Below, piece by piece: positions 28,967-39,603 of a stretch of DNA of 64,000 nucleotides. Position numbers and translations under genes: made by a program. Under the pieces are notes generated by a model. The model ran no database searches, was not told where the DNA came from, and worked only from the letters and a program-made list of their open reading frames with translations. Origin of the DNA: Deltaproteobacteria bacterium RIFCSPHIGHO2_02_FULL_40_28 (GTDB taxonomy: Bacteria; UBA10199; 2-12-FULL-40-28); NCBI GenBank assembly GCA_001798135.1, contig MGRJ01000030.1, positions 321 through 64,320 of the forward strand, written 5' to 3'. Position 1 is the stretch's first letter; each line of letters opens with the position of its first letter.

Positions 28967-29884
28967 TTACTCCTTAAAATAACGCTCAATACTAAAATAA
29001 CGCTGACCTGCATCAGCTAAAAAAGTTAAAACTTTCTTTTTAGGGCCCAACTCCTTTGCAATTTTTAAAGCGGCATATACATTAGCCCCAGAAGAAATTC
29101 CTAGAAGCATTCCCTCTTCCTTGGCTAAACGCTTCGTCATTTGAAAAGCCTCAATATCATCTACCGTTATCACTCGATCAATCAAACTTTTATCCAGATT
29201 TTTAGGAATAAAACCCACTCCCAATTGTTGAATTTGATGAGAGCCAGAAATACCACCTGAAATAACCGCCGACTTTTTTGGTTCAACAGCTACAATGAGC
29301 GTGTTTTTATTTTTTTTCTTTAAAACACGCCCTACGCCCGTTAAACTTCCTCCCGTTCCCACGCCTAAAACCAGAGCATCAACCCCATGTGGAAAATCAT
29401 TTAAAATTTCAACCGCCGTGTTTTCAGCATGTGCCTTTGGATTAACGGGATTTTCAAACTGCTTTGGCGAATAAGAATCCGGGTTTTCTTGTAAAACCTT
29501 TGTTGCTCTTTTAATAGCTCCTTCTACCCCCTCACTTTGAGGGGTCAAAACCAACTTAGCTCCAAAACCATCAAACATTTTTCGACGCTCTAAACTGGCA
29601 TCCTCAGGCATAAAAAGCAGCAGCTTTAATTTTTTAACCGCACAAACCATGGCAAGAGCCACCCCTGTGTTTCCTGCAGTGGCATCTACAATCAGGGTAG
29701 AAGGTTTAATTTGTCCCCGAGCATAAGCATCTTCAATCATGGCAAGGGCAATACGATCTTTAACCGAATAACTTGGATTTCCAGCCTCATATTTTCCATA
29801 AATACTAGCCATAGCTGCCCCCCCCACCCGATTTAGTTTGATAATGGGAGTATTTCCAATGGCTTCTAAAATGGTGGCCTGCAT
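28967..29884 (-). CDS. cysK: Cysteine synthase A
   Basis: IGNTP, NPSYSVKDRIA, TAGNTG, GVGTGG, HQIQQLGVGFIP, GISSGA. Confidence 0.85.
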   Translation of the reverse strand: MQATILEAIGNTPIIKLNRVGGAAMASIYGKYEAGNPSYSVKDRIALAMIEDAYARGQIKPSTLIVDATAGNTGVALAMVCAVKKLKLLLFMPEDASLERRKMFDGFGAKLVLTPQSEGVEGAIKRATKVLQENPDSYSPKQFENPVNPKAHAENTAVEILNDFPHGVDALVLGVGTGGSLTGVGRVLKKKNKNTLIVAVEPKKSAVISGGISGSHQIQQLGVGFIPKNLDKSLIDRVITVDDIEAFQMTKRLAKEEGMLLGISSGANVYAALKIAKELGPKKKVLTFLADAGQRYFSIERYFKE

Positions 29885-29958
29885 TAAATGCCCTTTAAAA
29901 GTATTCTTACATCATTGACTGCTTGACTCTGTCAAGGCCAATATCTTAAAGAATTCTC

Positions 29959-31392
29959 ATGGAATTTGAAGCTGTTATTGGGCTGGAAGTACATGCCCAA
30001 CTTTTAACTCAATCGAAGCTTTTTTGTGGTTGTTCTACTCGCTTTGGAGCTAAACCCAATTCCCAAACCTGCCCTGTTTGTTTGGGACTGCCTGGAGTTT
30101 TGCCTGTATTAAACGAACAAGCGGTAAACCTGGCTATCAGGGCTGGCCTTGCCCTCCATTGTGAAATTCAACTCCGATCCATTTGGGCCAGAAAAAACTA
30201 CTTTTATCCCGATCTTCCCAAGGGATATCAAATTTCTCAATTTGAAAAACCTCTCGCCCTTCGTGGCCACTTGGACATTGTTGTCAATGAAAAACCATAC
30301 AAAATACACATTACACGCATTCACATGGAAGAAGATGCAGGAAAATTATTGCACGAGCATGGAGACGAAAAAAGTTCTCATGTTGATTTAAACCGGGCTG
30401 GTACCCCCTTAGTTGAGATAGTGAGTGAACCTGATATTCGGTCTGCTCTCGAGGCCGGCGAATATTTACGAAGCTTACGAGCTATTCTTCAATATTGTGA
30501 AGTGTGTGATGGAAACATGGAAGAAGGCTCGCTTCGTTGTGATGCCAATGTTTCCATCAGACCTATAGGACAAAAAGAATTTGGTACCCGAACAGAGCTT
30601 AAAAATATTAACTCCTTTCGCTATGTAGAAAAAGCCATCGAATATGAAATTAAAAGGCAAAAAGCTTGTATCGAAGCAGGTGAAAAAATTGTGCAAGAAA
30701 CAAGGCTGTGGGATTCTGCACGAAATGTTACCGAACCCATGCGTTCAAAAGAACACGCCCACGATTACCGTTATTTTCCAGATCCTGATCTAGTGCCTCT
30801 CATTCTTGCGGATGGGCAAATTAATGAAATTAAAAAAAATCTTCCAGAGCTTCCTAAAGCCATGGCTGCTCGTTTTGTGAAGGATTATCAACTCAGTGAT
30901 TATGATGCAGGGGTTTTAACAAGCGAAAAATCCCTCGCTCGATTTTTTGAAAGTGCCCTCTCGCATCATAATCAACCCAAGGCTATTGCCAATTGGATTC
31001 AAACTGAGCTTTTGCGTTTGTTAAAAGAGTCGGGTAAATCAATTGAAGTTTCTCCTGTAAGTCCCTTGCAAGTAGCTAGCCTTCTTCGCTTAGTAGATGG
31101 TGGAACCATTAGTGGTAAAATTGCGAAAGTCGTTTTTGAAGAAATGTTTCAAACAGGAAAAGATGCAGAAATTATTGTAAAAGAAAAAAACTTGGTTCAA
31201 GTTTCAGATTCTGGTTCTTTAGAAAAAACCATTGATGCTGTTATTGCCACCAATCCAAAACAATACGAGCAATACCGCTCTGGGAAAGACAAACTATTTG
31301 GATTTTTTGTAGGCCAGGTGATGAAAGAAACCAAGGGCCAAGCCAATCCCAACATGGTTAACGATCTCCTTAAAAAGAAATTATCATCATGA
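29959..31392 (+). CDS. gatB: Asp/Glu-tRNA amidotransferase subunit B
   Basis: [46 protein letters not shown]. Confidence 0.98.
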   Translation: MEFEAVIGLEVHAQLLTQSKLFCGCSTRFGAKPNSQTCPVCLGLPGVLPVLNEQAVNLAIRAGLALHCEIQLRSIWARKNYFYPDLPKGYQISQFEKPLALRGHLDIVVNEKPYKIHITRIHMEEDAGKLLHEHGDEKSSHVDLNRAGTPLVEIVSEPDIRSALEAGEYLRSLRAILQYCEVCDGNMEEGSLRCDANVSIRPIGQKEFGTRTELKNINSFRYVEKAIEYEIKRQKACIEAGEKIVQETRLWDSARNVTEPMRSKEHAHDYRYFPDPDLVPLILADGQINEIKKNLPELPKAMAARFVKDYQLSDYDAGVLTSEKSLARFFESALSHHNQPKAIANWIQTELLRLLKESGKSIEVSPVSPLQVASLLRLVDGGTISGKIAKVVFEEMFQTGKDAEIIVKEKNLVQVSDSGSLEKTIDAVIATNPKQYEQYRSGKDKLFGFFVGQVMKETKGQANPNMVNDLLKKKLSS

Positions 31393-32432
31393 AATTTAGA
31401 ACCATTGAATGGAAAAACAACAAGGTTGTGATGCTGGATCAAAGATTATTACCTGGTGAGGAAATTTATCAAACCTACTCTACTTACCAGGAAGTAGCAG
31501 AGGCTATTAAAACTATGGTAATCAGGGGCGCACCCGCCATTGGGATAGCTGGTGCCATGGGCTTAGCCCTTGGAGCCTTAAGCATTAAGGACGATAAAAA
31601 AAAATCCTTTCTTTCAAAATTAGAAAAAATTGCCGGGGAAATTAATTCAACCCGGCCAACAGCTGTTAATCTTTCTTGGGGTTTAAAACGCATGATGGCC
31701 TTGGCTCAAAACCATCCTTCTGAAAATGTAGAAACAATCAAAGAAATTTTAACTCAAGAAGCGGTAAAAATAGCCGTCGAAGACGGTAAAATTAATCAAG
31801 TGATGGGAAACCATGGTGCTGCCCTTATTATCAATGGCGATCATGTTTTAACCCATTGCAATGCGGGAGCTTTGGCTACAGCTGGTTTTGGAACAGCTCT
31901 TGGCGTTCTCTATGCTGCATGGGCGAAGGGAGTACGTTTTGATGTGTATGCCGATGAAACAAGACCTTTCTTACAAGGGGCTAGGCTTACCGCTTGGGAG
32001 CTTAGCAAAAATGATATTCCTGTGACGGTGATTACCGATAACATGGCTGGCTGGCTCATGAAAAAAGGGCTGATTACAAAAGTAATTGTAGGAGCCGATC
32101 GCATTGCAGCTAATGGAGATGTAGCCAACAAAATTGGAACTTACTCTGTAGCTCTTTTAGCAAAACATCATGGTATTCCCTTTTATGTGGTAGCCCCTCT
32201 TTCAACCATTGATCTTTTAACTTTAACAGGTGATGAAATTCCCATTGAAGAAAGACCACAGAGAGAAGTAACCCATGTTGGACAAACCCAACTTACTCCA
32301 GAGGCTGTAAAAATTTGTAACCCTGCCTTTGATGTTACGCCTAACGAATTAGTTGCCGCTATTATTACTGAAAAAGGAATTGCAAAAGCCCCTTACCCAA
32401 CTACGTTAAAAGCATTTTACAATCAGTCTTAA
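31389..32432 (+). CDS. mtnA: Methylthioribose-1-phosphate isomerase
   Basis: [51 protein letters not shown]. Confidence 0.95.
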   Translation: MKFRTIEWKNNKVVMLDQRLLPGEEIYQTYSTYQEVAEAIKTMVIRGAPAIGIAGAMGLALGALSIKDDKKKSFLSKLEKIAGEINSTRPTAVNLSWGLKRMMALAQNHPSENVETIKEILTQEAVKIAVEDGKINQVMGNHGAALIINGDHVLTHCNAGALATAGFGTALGVLYAAWAKGVRFDVYADETRPFLQGARLTAWELSKNDIPVTVITDNMAGWLMKKGLITKVIVGADRIAANGDVANKIGTYSVALLAKHHGIPFYVVAPLSTIDLLTLTGDEIPIEERPQREVTHVGQTQLTPEAVKICNPAFDVTPNELVAAIITEKGIAKAPYPTTLKAFYNQS

Positions 32433-32465
32433 GTTAGTTATTCTATTTTTTTAGAAAAAGATTTT

Positions 32466-33383
32466 ATGCAAAAAGTACCTTACATTTGGATGGATGGAAA
32501 ACTCATCAAGTGGGATGAGGCCAATGTTCATATTTTAACTCACACTCTTCACTATGGTCTTGGTGTGTTTGAAGGCATTCGTTGTTACGAATGTGTGGAT
32601 GGCAAAAGTGCTATTTTTAGATTAAACGACCACATACAACGTCTTTTTGATTCGGCTCATATTAATCTCATCAAAATTCCTTACTCTAAAATCCAGCTGA
32701 TGGATGCCACCAAAGAAGTTATTCGAGCTAACAAACTAAAAAGTGCTTACATCAGACCCATTGCTTTTATGGGAGATGGAGAAATGGGGCTCCATGCCAC
32801 CACAAATCCCATTCGGGTTGCTATTGCTGCTTGGCCTTGGGGAACTTACTTGGGAGAAGACGGTGTTAAAAACGGCATTCGTGCTAAAATTTCTAGTTTT
32901 ACCAGGCCCACGGTTAATTCTATCATGAATAAATCTAAAACCTGTGGCAACTACATCAATTCCATTTGGGCCAAGAGAGAAGCTCTGGCCAGCGGTTACG
33001 AAGAAGCCATCATGCTTGATAACGAAGGTTATATTTCTGAAGCCACTGGCGAAAATTTTTTCATGGTCAAAAACGGAGTGGTGCATACTCCGGCCCTTGG
33101 AAATTCAATTTTGGATGGCATCACAAGAGCTACCCTTTTAACTTACTTGAAGGATCAAAAAATTCAAACCATTGAAGAGCGCATCACAAGAGATCAGGCT
33201 TATTTAGCTGATGAAGTTTTTGTGTGTGGAACGGCCGCCGAAATTACACCTATCAGAGAAATTGACGATAGAACCATAGGGACAGGTAAGCCCGGCCCCT
33301 TAACGAAAAAAATTCAAGAATTTTATTTTGGAGTGATTCGTGGAAAGCATTCGAAATATGCCGAGTGGTTAGCGTTTATCTAG
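32466..33383 (+). CDS. ilvE: Branched-chain amino acid aminotransferase
   Basis: LHYGLGVFEGIR, YIRP, EATGENFF, GITR, GTAAEITP. Confidence 0.96.
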   Translation: MQKVPYIWMDGKLIKWDEANVHILTHTLHYGLGVFEGIRCYECVDGKSAIFRLNDHIQRLFDSAHINLIKIPYSKIQLMDATKEVIRANKLKSAYIRPIAFMGDGEMGLHATTNPIRVAIAAWPWGTYLGEDGVKNGIRAKISSFTRPTVNSIMNKSKTCGNYINSIWAKREALASGYEEAIMLDNEGYISEATGENFFMVKNGVVHTPALGNSILDGITRATLLTYLKDQKIQTIEERITRDQAYLADEVFVCGTAAEITPIREIDDRTIGTGKPGPLTKKIQEFYFGVIRGKHSKYAEWLAFI

Positions 33384-33841
33384 AAAATAAAGATTCCAAT
33401 TTTATTCATAAAGACAAGCACAAGGGCTGCTTGCAAACCAGCAATAACATCATCCCCCACAATCCCATAGCCTCCAGGCAAGCGATCTTGGGCCCAATTG
33501 GCAGGAAAATATTTTGCAATATCGAAATAACGAAATAAAACAAAACCGAAAATAACAGTATTCAAAGCAAAGGGAACAAAAAGAAAAGCAATAAATTGTC
33601 CGATAATTTCATCTACAACAATTTTAGGACAATCTTTTTGTTCAAAAACTTTTTCAGCCATGGAAGCAATGAGAATGGCTAAAACAACTCCAATCACTGC
33701 TACAAGAAGTTTAAAATCGAGTGAGCGGTATCGAAAAAGATAAGCCAAACCCAAACCCCACAGGCTTCCAACGGTTCCTGGAATTTTAGGAACATAGCCA
33801 GCTCCAAAACCAGATGAAAGCAATCGAAGAAAAGTAACCAT
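33380..33841 (-). CDS. pgpA: Phosphatidylglycerophosphatase A
   Basis: GFGAG..PGTVGS, IVVDEIIG, LFRYFDIAK, GIVGDDVIAG. Confidence 0.93.
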   Translation of the reverse strand: MVTFLRLLSSGFGAGYVPKIPGTVGSLWGLGLAYLFRYRSLDFKLLVAVIGVVLAILIASMAEKVFEQKDCPKIVVDEIIGQFIAFLFVPFALNTVIFGFVLFRYFDIAKYFPANWAQDRLPGGYGIVGDDVIAGLQAALVLVFMNKIGIFIF

Positions 33842-33883
33842 GTAATTTATTTACAACGAAATGATTTGGGTGGAAAGGAAGAA

Positions 33884-33965
33884 ATCAATTGTCATTCCCG
33901 TGAAAACGGGAATCCATCTTTGAATTTTAAGATGGATCCCTGCCTTCGCAGGGATGACAATTGAT
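33884..33965. repeat. GTCAT/dRS3-like REP doublet
   Basis: ATCAATTGTCATTCCCG...GGGATGACAATTGAT long hairpin. Confidence 0.85.
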
Positions 33966-34016
33966 GCAAAAATACCACAAAAATACCAATTGATGCGGAA
34001 AGGATGACAAATAAGT

Positions 34017-35879
34017 TTAAACTGTACTTTGACGTTTGGAGGTGGTTGCGCTTCTTCCCCAGCTTGTATTGCGTGAGGCTAACCAATCGGCATAGGCATA
34101 AATATCTTCGGTGGTTTTATCACGACCGTCACGGCTAGAATTACCACCTTCATCAGAAACATTCATATTGCCTCTCACATAAACTTCTCCAGCAGCATGG
34201 CTTACACGCCCACCATCTCCATCGTTTCCACTATCGGCTAAAACACCAGCCTGCCTTAGACCTACATAGGCAGCAACCATTCTAGGATTGTCTGGGGTTT
34301 GAGCATCTCTGGCGGCTGCAAGATCCATGACTTGAGTAAGTAAAATACCATGGGGTTGTACACTTACCTGCGGAGGAAGAGCTTCAACAATTTCAGCAAC
34401 ACCTTCTCTCTCTTGTTGCCCATCATCAGAGGCAACAAGAACAGTTGCATGTTCAACACCTGGTTCTAAATCTCCTTCTTCAACGGAAGGAATACGAAGA
34501 ACATCATCACCTGTTTCATTTTGATCATGGGATGCAAGCGCGCTATTTCCATGAGTTCCGTTAAAATCTTCTAAAAGTTCGTTAGGCATTGATTGCCTGG
34601 GTGCGATAGTTAAAGTGTTTCCTTCACTTGTTCCTCTTGTTCCAGTTGGAAGTGTTGAAGTACCATTGGCCAAAGCAAGAGCTGCAGGTGAAAAAGATCC
34701 CACTACAACACCACCAGCTTCACTAGAATTATTTTCTTCAGTTGTAAGGGTAGCTACTACAGCTGATTGATGTGTGGTTTCTAAAACTTCTTCGTCTTCA
34801 CCTTCAGAAACTTCTTCCCCATCAACTGGGGCGAGAGTTGCTGCCACTGTTGCTCCGTCAGTTTCGCCTGTTGTAAAATCAATGGGTTCATCTACTGTAA
34901 GATCAGATGGCTCTGCTGCAACGGCAAGAGCATCTTCGGTTACAAAATCCTCTTCATAGTATGAAGCATAATCTGGTGTTGCAAAGCCGGTAGGCACATT
35001 TTCGGCACCTTGTTGCATGCTGCTGGCAACACGCTGGGCAGAACGGTTAGCCTCTGTCCCTGATTTTGCTTGTTGTGTTTGTGCAGCAGGAGCCACCGTT
35101 GGATTTGTAGCGGCAGCAGCTACAGGCTGACTTCCTTCCACTTGTGGAACACTGACAACAACAATCACTTCTTCAGATGGAGGATAACCAAACCAACCGG
35201 CAACAGCTTTTTCAACCGGATCTGGAGTTACGGCTTTAATAACACTTTTGACAGCACCAATAGCTTTATCAAGCCAACTGGACTCTTCAGCTTGAGCTTG
35301 CGAGGTTTGCACTTGCGCAACTTGGGGAGGAGAGACTTCTTGATTAACCTCTACAGGTGGAAAATAAGTTGCAACATAATCTTCTACTGCATCTGGAATA
35401 AAAAACTGATACCCATCGATAATAGCACCACCAATTGAAGTGCTATCAACATAATCGTAAGCCTCTCTCACACTCCCTGTAATAGTACTATAAGCACGAT
35501 CCATCATGCCTGGCTCATCATGCACACGAGCAGCTACTGGCTGGATGGCACGAACAGGTTCTACAGGGGTATCCGAACGAACAACTTCAACATATTGGTT
35601 TAGAGTTTGATTAGGCGGAAGAACAGGAATGGTTTGAGTGTCATCGCTGGCAAGCCAATCCGAAACTGCATTAGCCCCTGCAGCCAGACTATCATAGACT
35701 TCCCCAGCCGTATCGTAAACATCACTTGCTGCTGAAGCTGCAGAATCATAAAAATCCTCTGCAGTTCTGCCTGCTGCAGCTACTTGATTTTCTGCATCAG
35801 ATACTAGTTGTGCAATACTGTCATACCAAGAACTAGATCCAGTTTGATTTGCATTATTTGGTGTTACGTTATCAGCCAT
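34017..35879 (-). CDS. Acidic low-complexity hypothetical protein
   Basis: 620-aa ORF, D/E/A/S/T/V-rich, no recognisable domain. Confidence 0.7.
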   Translation of the reverse strand: MADNVTPNNANQTGSSSWYDSIAQLVSDAENQVAAAGRTAEDFYDSAASAASDVYDTAGEVYDSLAAGANAVSDWLASDDTQTIPVLPPNQTLNQYVEVVRSDTPVEPVRAIQPVAARVHDEPGMMDRAYSTITGSVREAYDYVDSTSIGGAIIDGYQFFIPDAVEDYVATYFPPVEVNQEVSPPQVAQVQTSQAQAEESSWLDKAIGAVKSVIKAVTPDPVEKAVAGWFGYPPSEEVIVVVSVPQVEGSQPVAAAATNPTVAPAAQTQQAKSGTEANRSAQRVASSMQQGAENVPTGFATPDYASYYEEDFVTEDALAVAAEPSDLTVDEPIDFTTGETDGATVAATLAPVDGEEVSEGEDEEVLETTHQSAVVATLTTEENNSSEAGGVVVGSFSPAALALANGTSTLPTGTRGTSEGNTLTIAPRQSMPNELLEDFNGTHGNSALASHDQNETGDDVLRIPSVEEGDLEPGVEHATVLVASDDGQQEREGVAEIVEALPPQVSVQPHGILLTQVMDLAAARDAQTPDNPRMVAAYVGLRQAGVLADSGNDGDGGRVSHAAGEVYVRGNMNVSDEGGNSSRDGRDKTTEDIYAYADWLASRNTSWGRSATTSKRQSTV

Positions 35880-36049
35880 AGATACACGAAATCCTTACAT
35901 CTAATTATCGGCCAATCAACACAAAAAGTTGTGTTATCATTCTTTTTTTATTACTCTTTTTTATGTTTATTTATTTTAGTAATATCATATAGTTATAATG
36001 TAATTGGTTTTCATTTGACGGGTGTTTTTTTACCTGTTAAGCCCTTTCC

Positions 36050-37018
36050 ATGCAATATCGTCTCTTTGGAAGAACAAAAATTCAGGTTTCTGAAATTGGG
36101 CATGGTACCTGGACGATGGGTTCCAGGTGGGGTGCACGTGATGATAGAACAGCCATTGATTCACTAGTTGCTTCCATTGATCTGGGTGTTAATTTCATCG
36201 ATACAGCCTTTGTGTATGGGCATGGTCATAGCGAAGGTCTCATTGCTTCGGCCTTAAAATTACGACCCAAAAAAGAAATCTTTATTGCAACAAAAGTTCC
36301 TCCAAAAAATCACCAGTGGCCAGCACAACATGCGGTACCCGTGGAAGAAAGCTTCACTAAAAAACACATCATCGAGTACACCGAAAAAAGCCTCAAAAAT
36401 TTACGACGTGATTTTATAGATCTGCAACAGTTGCATGTGTGGAACGATACCTGGCTGGGTCACGGGGATTTTTTGGAGGGAATTGAAAAATTAAAACAAG
36501 AAGGCAAAATTCGTTTCTTTGGAGTTTCCCTTAACGATCACCAGCCAAACTCCGCACTGCAGATAGTGGCATCTGGATTAATTGATAGCGTGCAAGTGAT
36601 TTACAATATTTTTGATCAAACACCAGAAACAAAACTTTTTCCGGTTTGCCAAAAACACAATGTTGCTGTAATTGCCCGCGTCCCTTTTGACGAAGGGTCG
36701 CTTACCGGCACGCTCACACCCCAAACAATTTTTCATCCCAAAGATTGGCGAAAAACTTACTTCACACCAGAACGCCTGCCCGAAGTTTGCCAAAAAGTGA
36801 ACAAACTCACATTTCTTGTCCGGGATGAAATTAAAACCCTGTCACAGGCTGCCCTCAAATTTTGTCTCTCGCATCCGCAGGTTTCCCTTGTGATTCCTGG
36901 CATGAAAAAAATAAATCATGTAAAAGAAAATTGCGCGGCTTCTGATGGAAAAATACTCACCGGAGAAGAATTAGAAAAAATTAAAACACATGCGTGGAAT
37001 CGAAATTTTTATAATTAA
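36050..37018 (+). CDS. Aldo/keto reductase
   Basis: GVNFIDTAFVYG, IATK, IDLQQLH, KIRFFGVS, QVIYN. Confidence 0.92.
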   Translation: MQYRLFGRTKIQVSEIGHGTWTMGSRWGARDDRTAIDSLVASIDLGVNFIDTAFVYGHGHSEGLIASALKLRPKKEIFIATKVPPKNHQWPAQHAVPVEESFTKKHIIEYTEKSLKNLRRDFIDLQQLHVWNDTWLGHGDFLEGIEKLKQEGKIRFFGVSLNDHQPNSALQIVASGLIDSVQVIYNIFDQTPETKLFPVCQKHNVAVIARVPFDEGSLTGTLTPQTIFHPKDWRKTYFTPERLPEVCQKVNKLTFLVRDEIKTLSQAALKFCLSHPQVSLVIPGMKKINHVKENCAASDGKILTGEELEKIKTHAWNRNFYN

Positions 37019-37021
37019 ATT

Positions 37022-38035
37022 TTAGGCAATCAACTTTTCTGCAATCTGGATGGCATTCAAGGCAGCACCTTTTAAAATTTGATCACCACACACAAAAAGA
37101 TTAATTCCATTTTTAAGTCCTAAATCTTTGCGAATACGCCCCACAAAAATATCATCCTGGCTGGTTACAGCACGCGGCATAGGAAAAATATTGGCCTTTC
37201 GATCATCCACAACTTTTACTCCAGGCATTGCTTTTAATGCCTCGGTTACTTCTTCCACACTGAGTTCTTTTTCTAGCTCTAAATGAATGGCCTCAGAATG
37301 AGCCCTAACCACCGGCACTCGAACGGCTGTAGGTGAAATAAGCATGTGATCATCATGTAGAATTTTTTTGGTTTCGTTGACTACCTTCATTTCTTCTTGA
37401 GAATACCCTTCTGCTCCAATAGCCGAATCATGAGAAAAAAGATTAAAGGCAATGGCATGTTTGAAAACAGAAGGATTGATTTTTTTCCCTTCTAAATCGT
37501 CCTGTGTTTGGTTTTTTAATTCAGCAATGGCCTTGGCCCCTGCCCCGCTTACTGCCTGATAGGTTGCAATCACCATGCGTTTAATACGAGAAAGTTTATA
37601 AATGGGATAAATGGCCATTAAAGCAATAATGGTGGTGCAATTGGGATTGGCAATAATTCCCTGATGTTTGGCAATATCTTCCGGATTTACCTCAGGCACA
37701 ACCAAAGGAACCTTGGGATCCATGCGGTAGGCACTTGAGTTATCAATCACAACAGCACCAGCGGCTACCGCATGAGAAGCAAATTTTTTACTTTGATCCC
37801 CACCCGCAGAAAAAAGTGCAATATCGATACTCTCAAAAGAATTTTCTTTCAGTTCAGAAACAGGATAATTTTTTCCACGGAAATTCATTTTTTTTCCAAC
37901 AGACCGACTGGAGGCCAAAAGACGCAATTCCCCAATGGGAAAATTTCTTTTTTCCAAAACTTTTAAAAACTCCACACCAACAGCACCAGTTGCTCCTGCA
38001 ATGGCAACATTATATTTTGATTTTTTGAGTAACAT
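37022..38035 (-). CDS. asd: Aspartate-semialdehyde dehydrogenase
   Basis: GATGAVG, IDNSSAYR, ANPNCTT, TYQAVSGAG, RVPVVRAHSE, KGAALNA; start set at MLLKKSK. Confidence 0.96.
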   Translation of the reverse strand: MLLKKSKYNVAIAGATGAVGVEFLKVLEKRNFPIGELRLLASSRSVGKKMNFRGKNYPVSELKENSFESIDIALFSAGGDQSKKFASHAVAAGAVVIDNSSAYRMDPKVPLVVPEVNPEDIAKHQGIIANPNCTTIIALMAIYPIYKLSRIKRMVIATYQAVSGAGAKAIAELKNQTQDDLEGKKINPSVFKHAIAFNLFSHDSAIGAEGYSQEEMKVVNETKKILHDDHMLISPTAVRVPVVRAHSEAIHLELEKELSVEEVTEALKAMPGVKVVDDRKANIFPMPRAVTSQDDIFVGRIRKDLGLKNGINLFVCGDQILKGAALNAIQIAEKLIA

Positions 38036-38049
38036 ACTTTTAAACCGAC

Positions 38050-38215
38050 GTAGGGGCGGGGGCATCCCGCCCAACCAAACAGGGCGCGAAAACCGCGCCC
38101 CTGCACATAAATCCACATCACAATTAAATCCGTAGGGGCAGGCCCCTGTGCCTGCCCGTGATTTGGGCAACCACGGGGGGTTGCCCCTACGTAGGGGCGA
38201 GTTCCCGTGCCACCC
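38050..38215. repeat. Cluster of GTAG-type REP elements
   Basis: GTAGGGGC...GCCC / GGGC...GCCCCTAC units in the asd-leuB gap. Confidence 0.85.
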
Positions 38216-38226
38216 ATTTTTATCTT

Positions 38227-39318
38227 TTACAATTCTTTACAAATCGCTTCTCCCATTTCTTTTGTTCCTACTTTTTGAAAACCTTGAGTATAAATATCAG
38301 CTGTGCGTAATCCCTTGTTTAATACATTTTCAACTGCCTTTTTAATCAAACCCGCTTCGTTTTTAAGTCCAAAAGAATAATCAAGCATCATGCCTACAGA
38401 TAAAATGGTAGCAATGGGATTTGCTAAATTTTTTCCTGCAATATCAGGTGCCGAACCATGGATGGGTTCATAAAGCCCCAAGGATTTTTCATTAAGTGAA
38501 GCCGAAGGAAGCATTCCAATAGAACCCGTTAACATGGCGGCCTCATCACTTAAAATATCCCCAAATAAATTGGTAGTTACCACAACATCAAATTGTTTTG
38601 GATTACGAATAAGCTGCATGGCACAATTATCAACATACATGTGAGAAAGGAGAACATCAGCATAATTTTTATGAACCTGGCTTACTACAAAGCGCCAAAG
38701 CTCGGTACATTCCAAAACATTGGCTTTATCTACAGAACAAAGTTTCTTTTTTCTTTTGCGTGCTAATTCAAAAGCCACCTTGGCAATCCGTTCAATTTCC
38801 TTGGTGGTATACACCATAGTGTTAGTGCCTCTTTTCTCTCCATTGGGAAGTATTTCAACACCACGAGGTTTTCCAAAATAAACATCTCCCGTTAATTCAC
38901 GTACCACCATCAAATCGATTCCCTCAATCACTTCACGCTTCAAAGTAGAAGCCTCTACCAATGGAGAAAAAACAACGGCTGGACGTAAATTAGCAAAGAG
39001 TCCCAATTCAGCACGCAACCCCAAAAGAGCCCTTTCTGGACGCACAGAATAATCAAGCCCTTCCCATTTGGGTCCACCCACAGCACCTAAAAGAACAGCA
39101 TCTGATTTTTTGGCCAGTTTTAAAGTGGCTTCGGGCAAGGGATTACCCGTTGCATCACAGGCACATCCTCCCACAGGAGCTTCTTCCATCTCAAAACCCA
39201 CCCCTGTTTTTTTGGAAATGGTTTTTAAAACCCGCACAGCCATGCCCACCACTTCTGGCCCAATTCCATCTCCAGCTAAAACTGCAATTTTGTATGACGT
39301 CATATTTTCCTTCTCCAC
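38227..39318 (-). CDS. leuB: 3-isopropylmalate dehydrogenase
   Basis: [44 protein letters not shown]. Confidence 0.97.
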   Translation of the reverse strand: MEKENMTSYKIAVLAGDGIGPEVVGMAVRVLKTISKKTGVGFEMEEAPVGGCACDATGNPLPEATLKLAKKSDAVLLGAVGGPKWEGLDYSVRPERALLGLRAELGLFANLRPAVVFSPLVEASTLKREVIEGIDLMVVRELTGDVYFGKPRGVEILPNGEKRGTNTMVYTTKEIERIAKVAFELARKRKKKLCSVDKANVLECTELWRFVVSQVHKNYADVLLSHMYVDNCAMQLIRNPKQFDVVVTTNLFGDILSDEAAMLTGSIGMLPSASLNEKSLGLYEPIHGSAPDIAGKNLANPIATILSVGMMLDYSFGLKNEAGLIKKAVENVLNKGLRTADIYTQGFQKVGTKEMGEAICKEL

Positions 39319-39603
39319 TTATTTCTTCTTAAACAATTCCTCCAACTTCTTTTTTGCATCATCTACTGCTGTGCTTCCCATTGCACTTTTTTCTGATGGA
39401 GAAAAATAATCGCAAAAATTAGATTTTTCCTTCTCCAATACCCGATCTGCTTGGAGTTCGCGGCATTCATTATAAACTTTGGGATCATAAAAAATGCAGT
39501 TGAAACAACAATGCAAATCACGCCCACAATGAGGACAATCATCTCGTCTTCCAACACGATTGCCTCCCAGGGCAATCTCTTTGTGACAACTAAAACACTG
39601 CAT
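39319..39603 (-). CDS. Cys-rich conserved hypothetical protein (putative metal-binding)
   Basis: CxxC..CxxC..HCCxNC..C..NFCDYF. Confidence 0.75.
   Translation of the reverse strand: MQCFSCHKEIALGGNRVGRRDDCPHCGRDLHCCFNCIFYDPKVYNECRELQADRVLEKEKSNFCDYFSPSEKSAMGSTAVDDAKKKLEELFKKK

Noticed and set aside
29922-29936. CTTGAC-N3-GTCAAG palindrome as a sulfur-regulator site
   Set aside because: More simply explained by back-to-back -35 hexamers of the divergent cysK and gatB promoters.
33892-34086. 64-aa ORF
   Set aside because: Overlaps the REP doublet and the end of the 620-aa gene.
38036-38170. N-terminal extension of Asd
   Set aside because: Encoded by the GTAG REP cluster.
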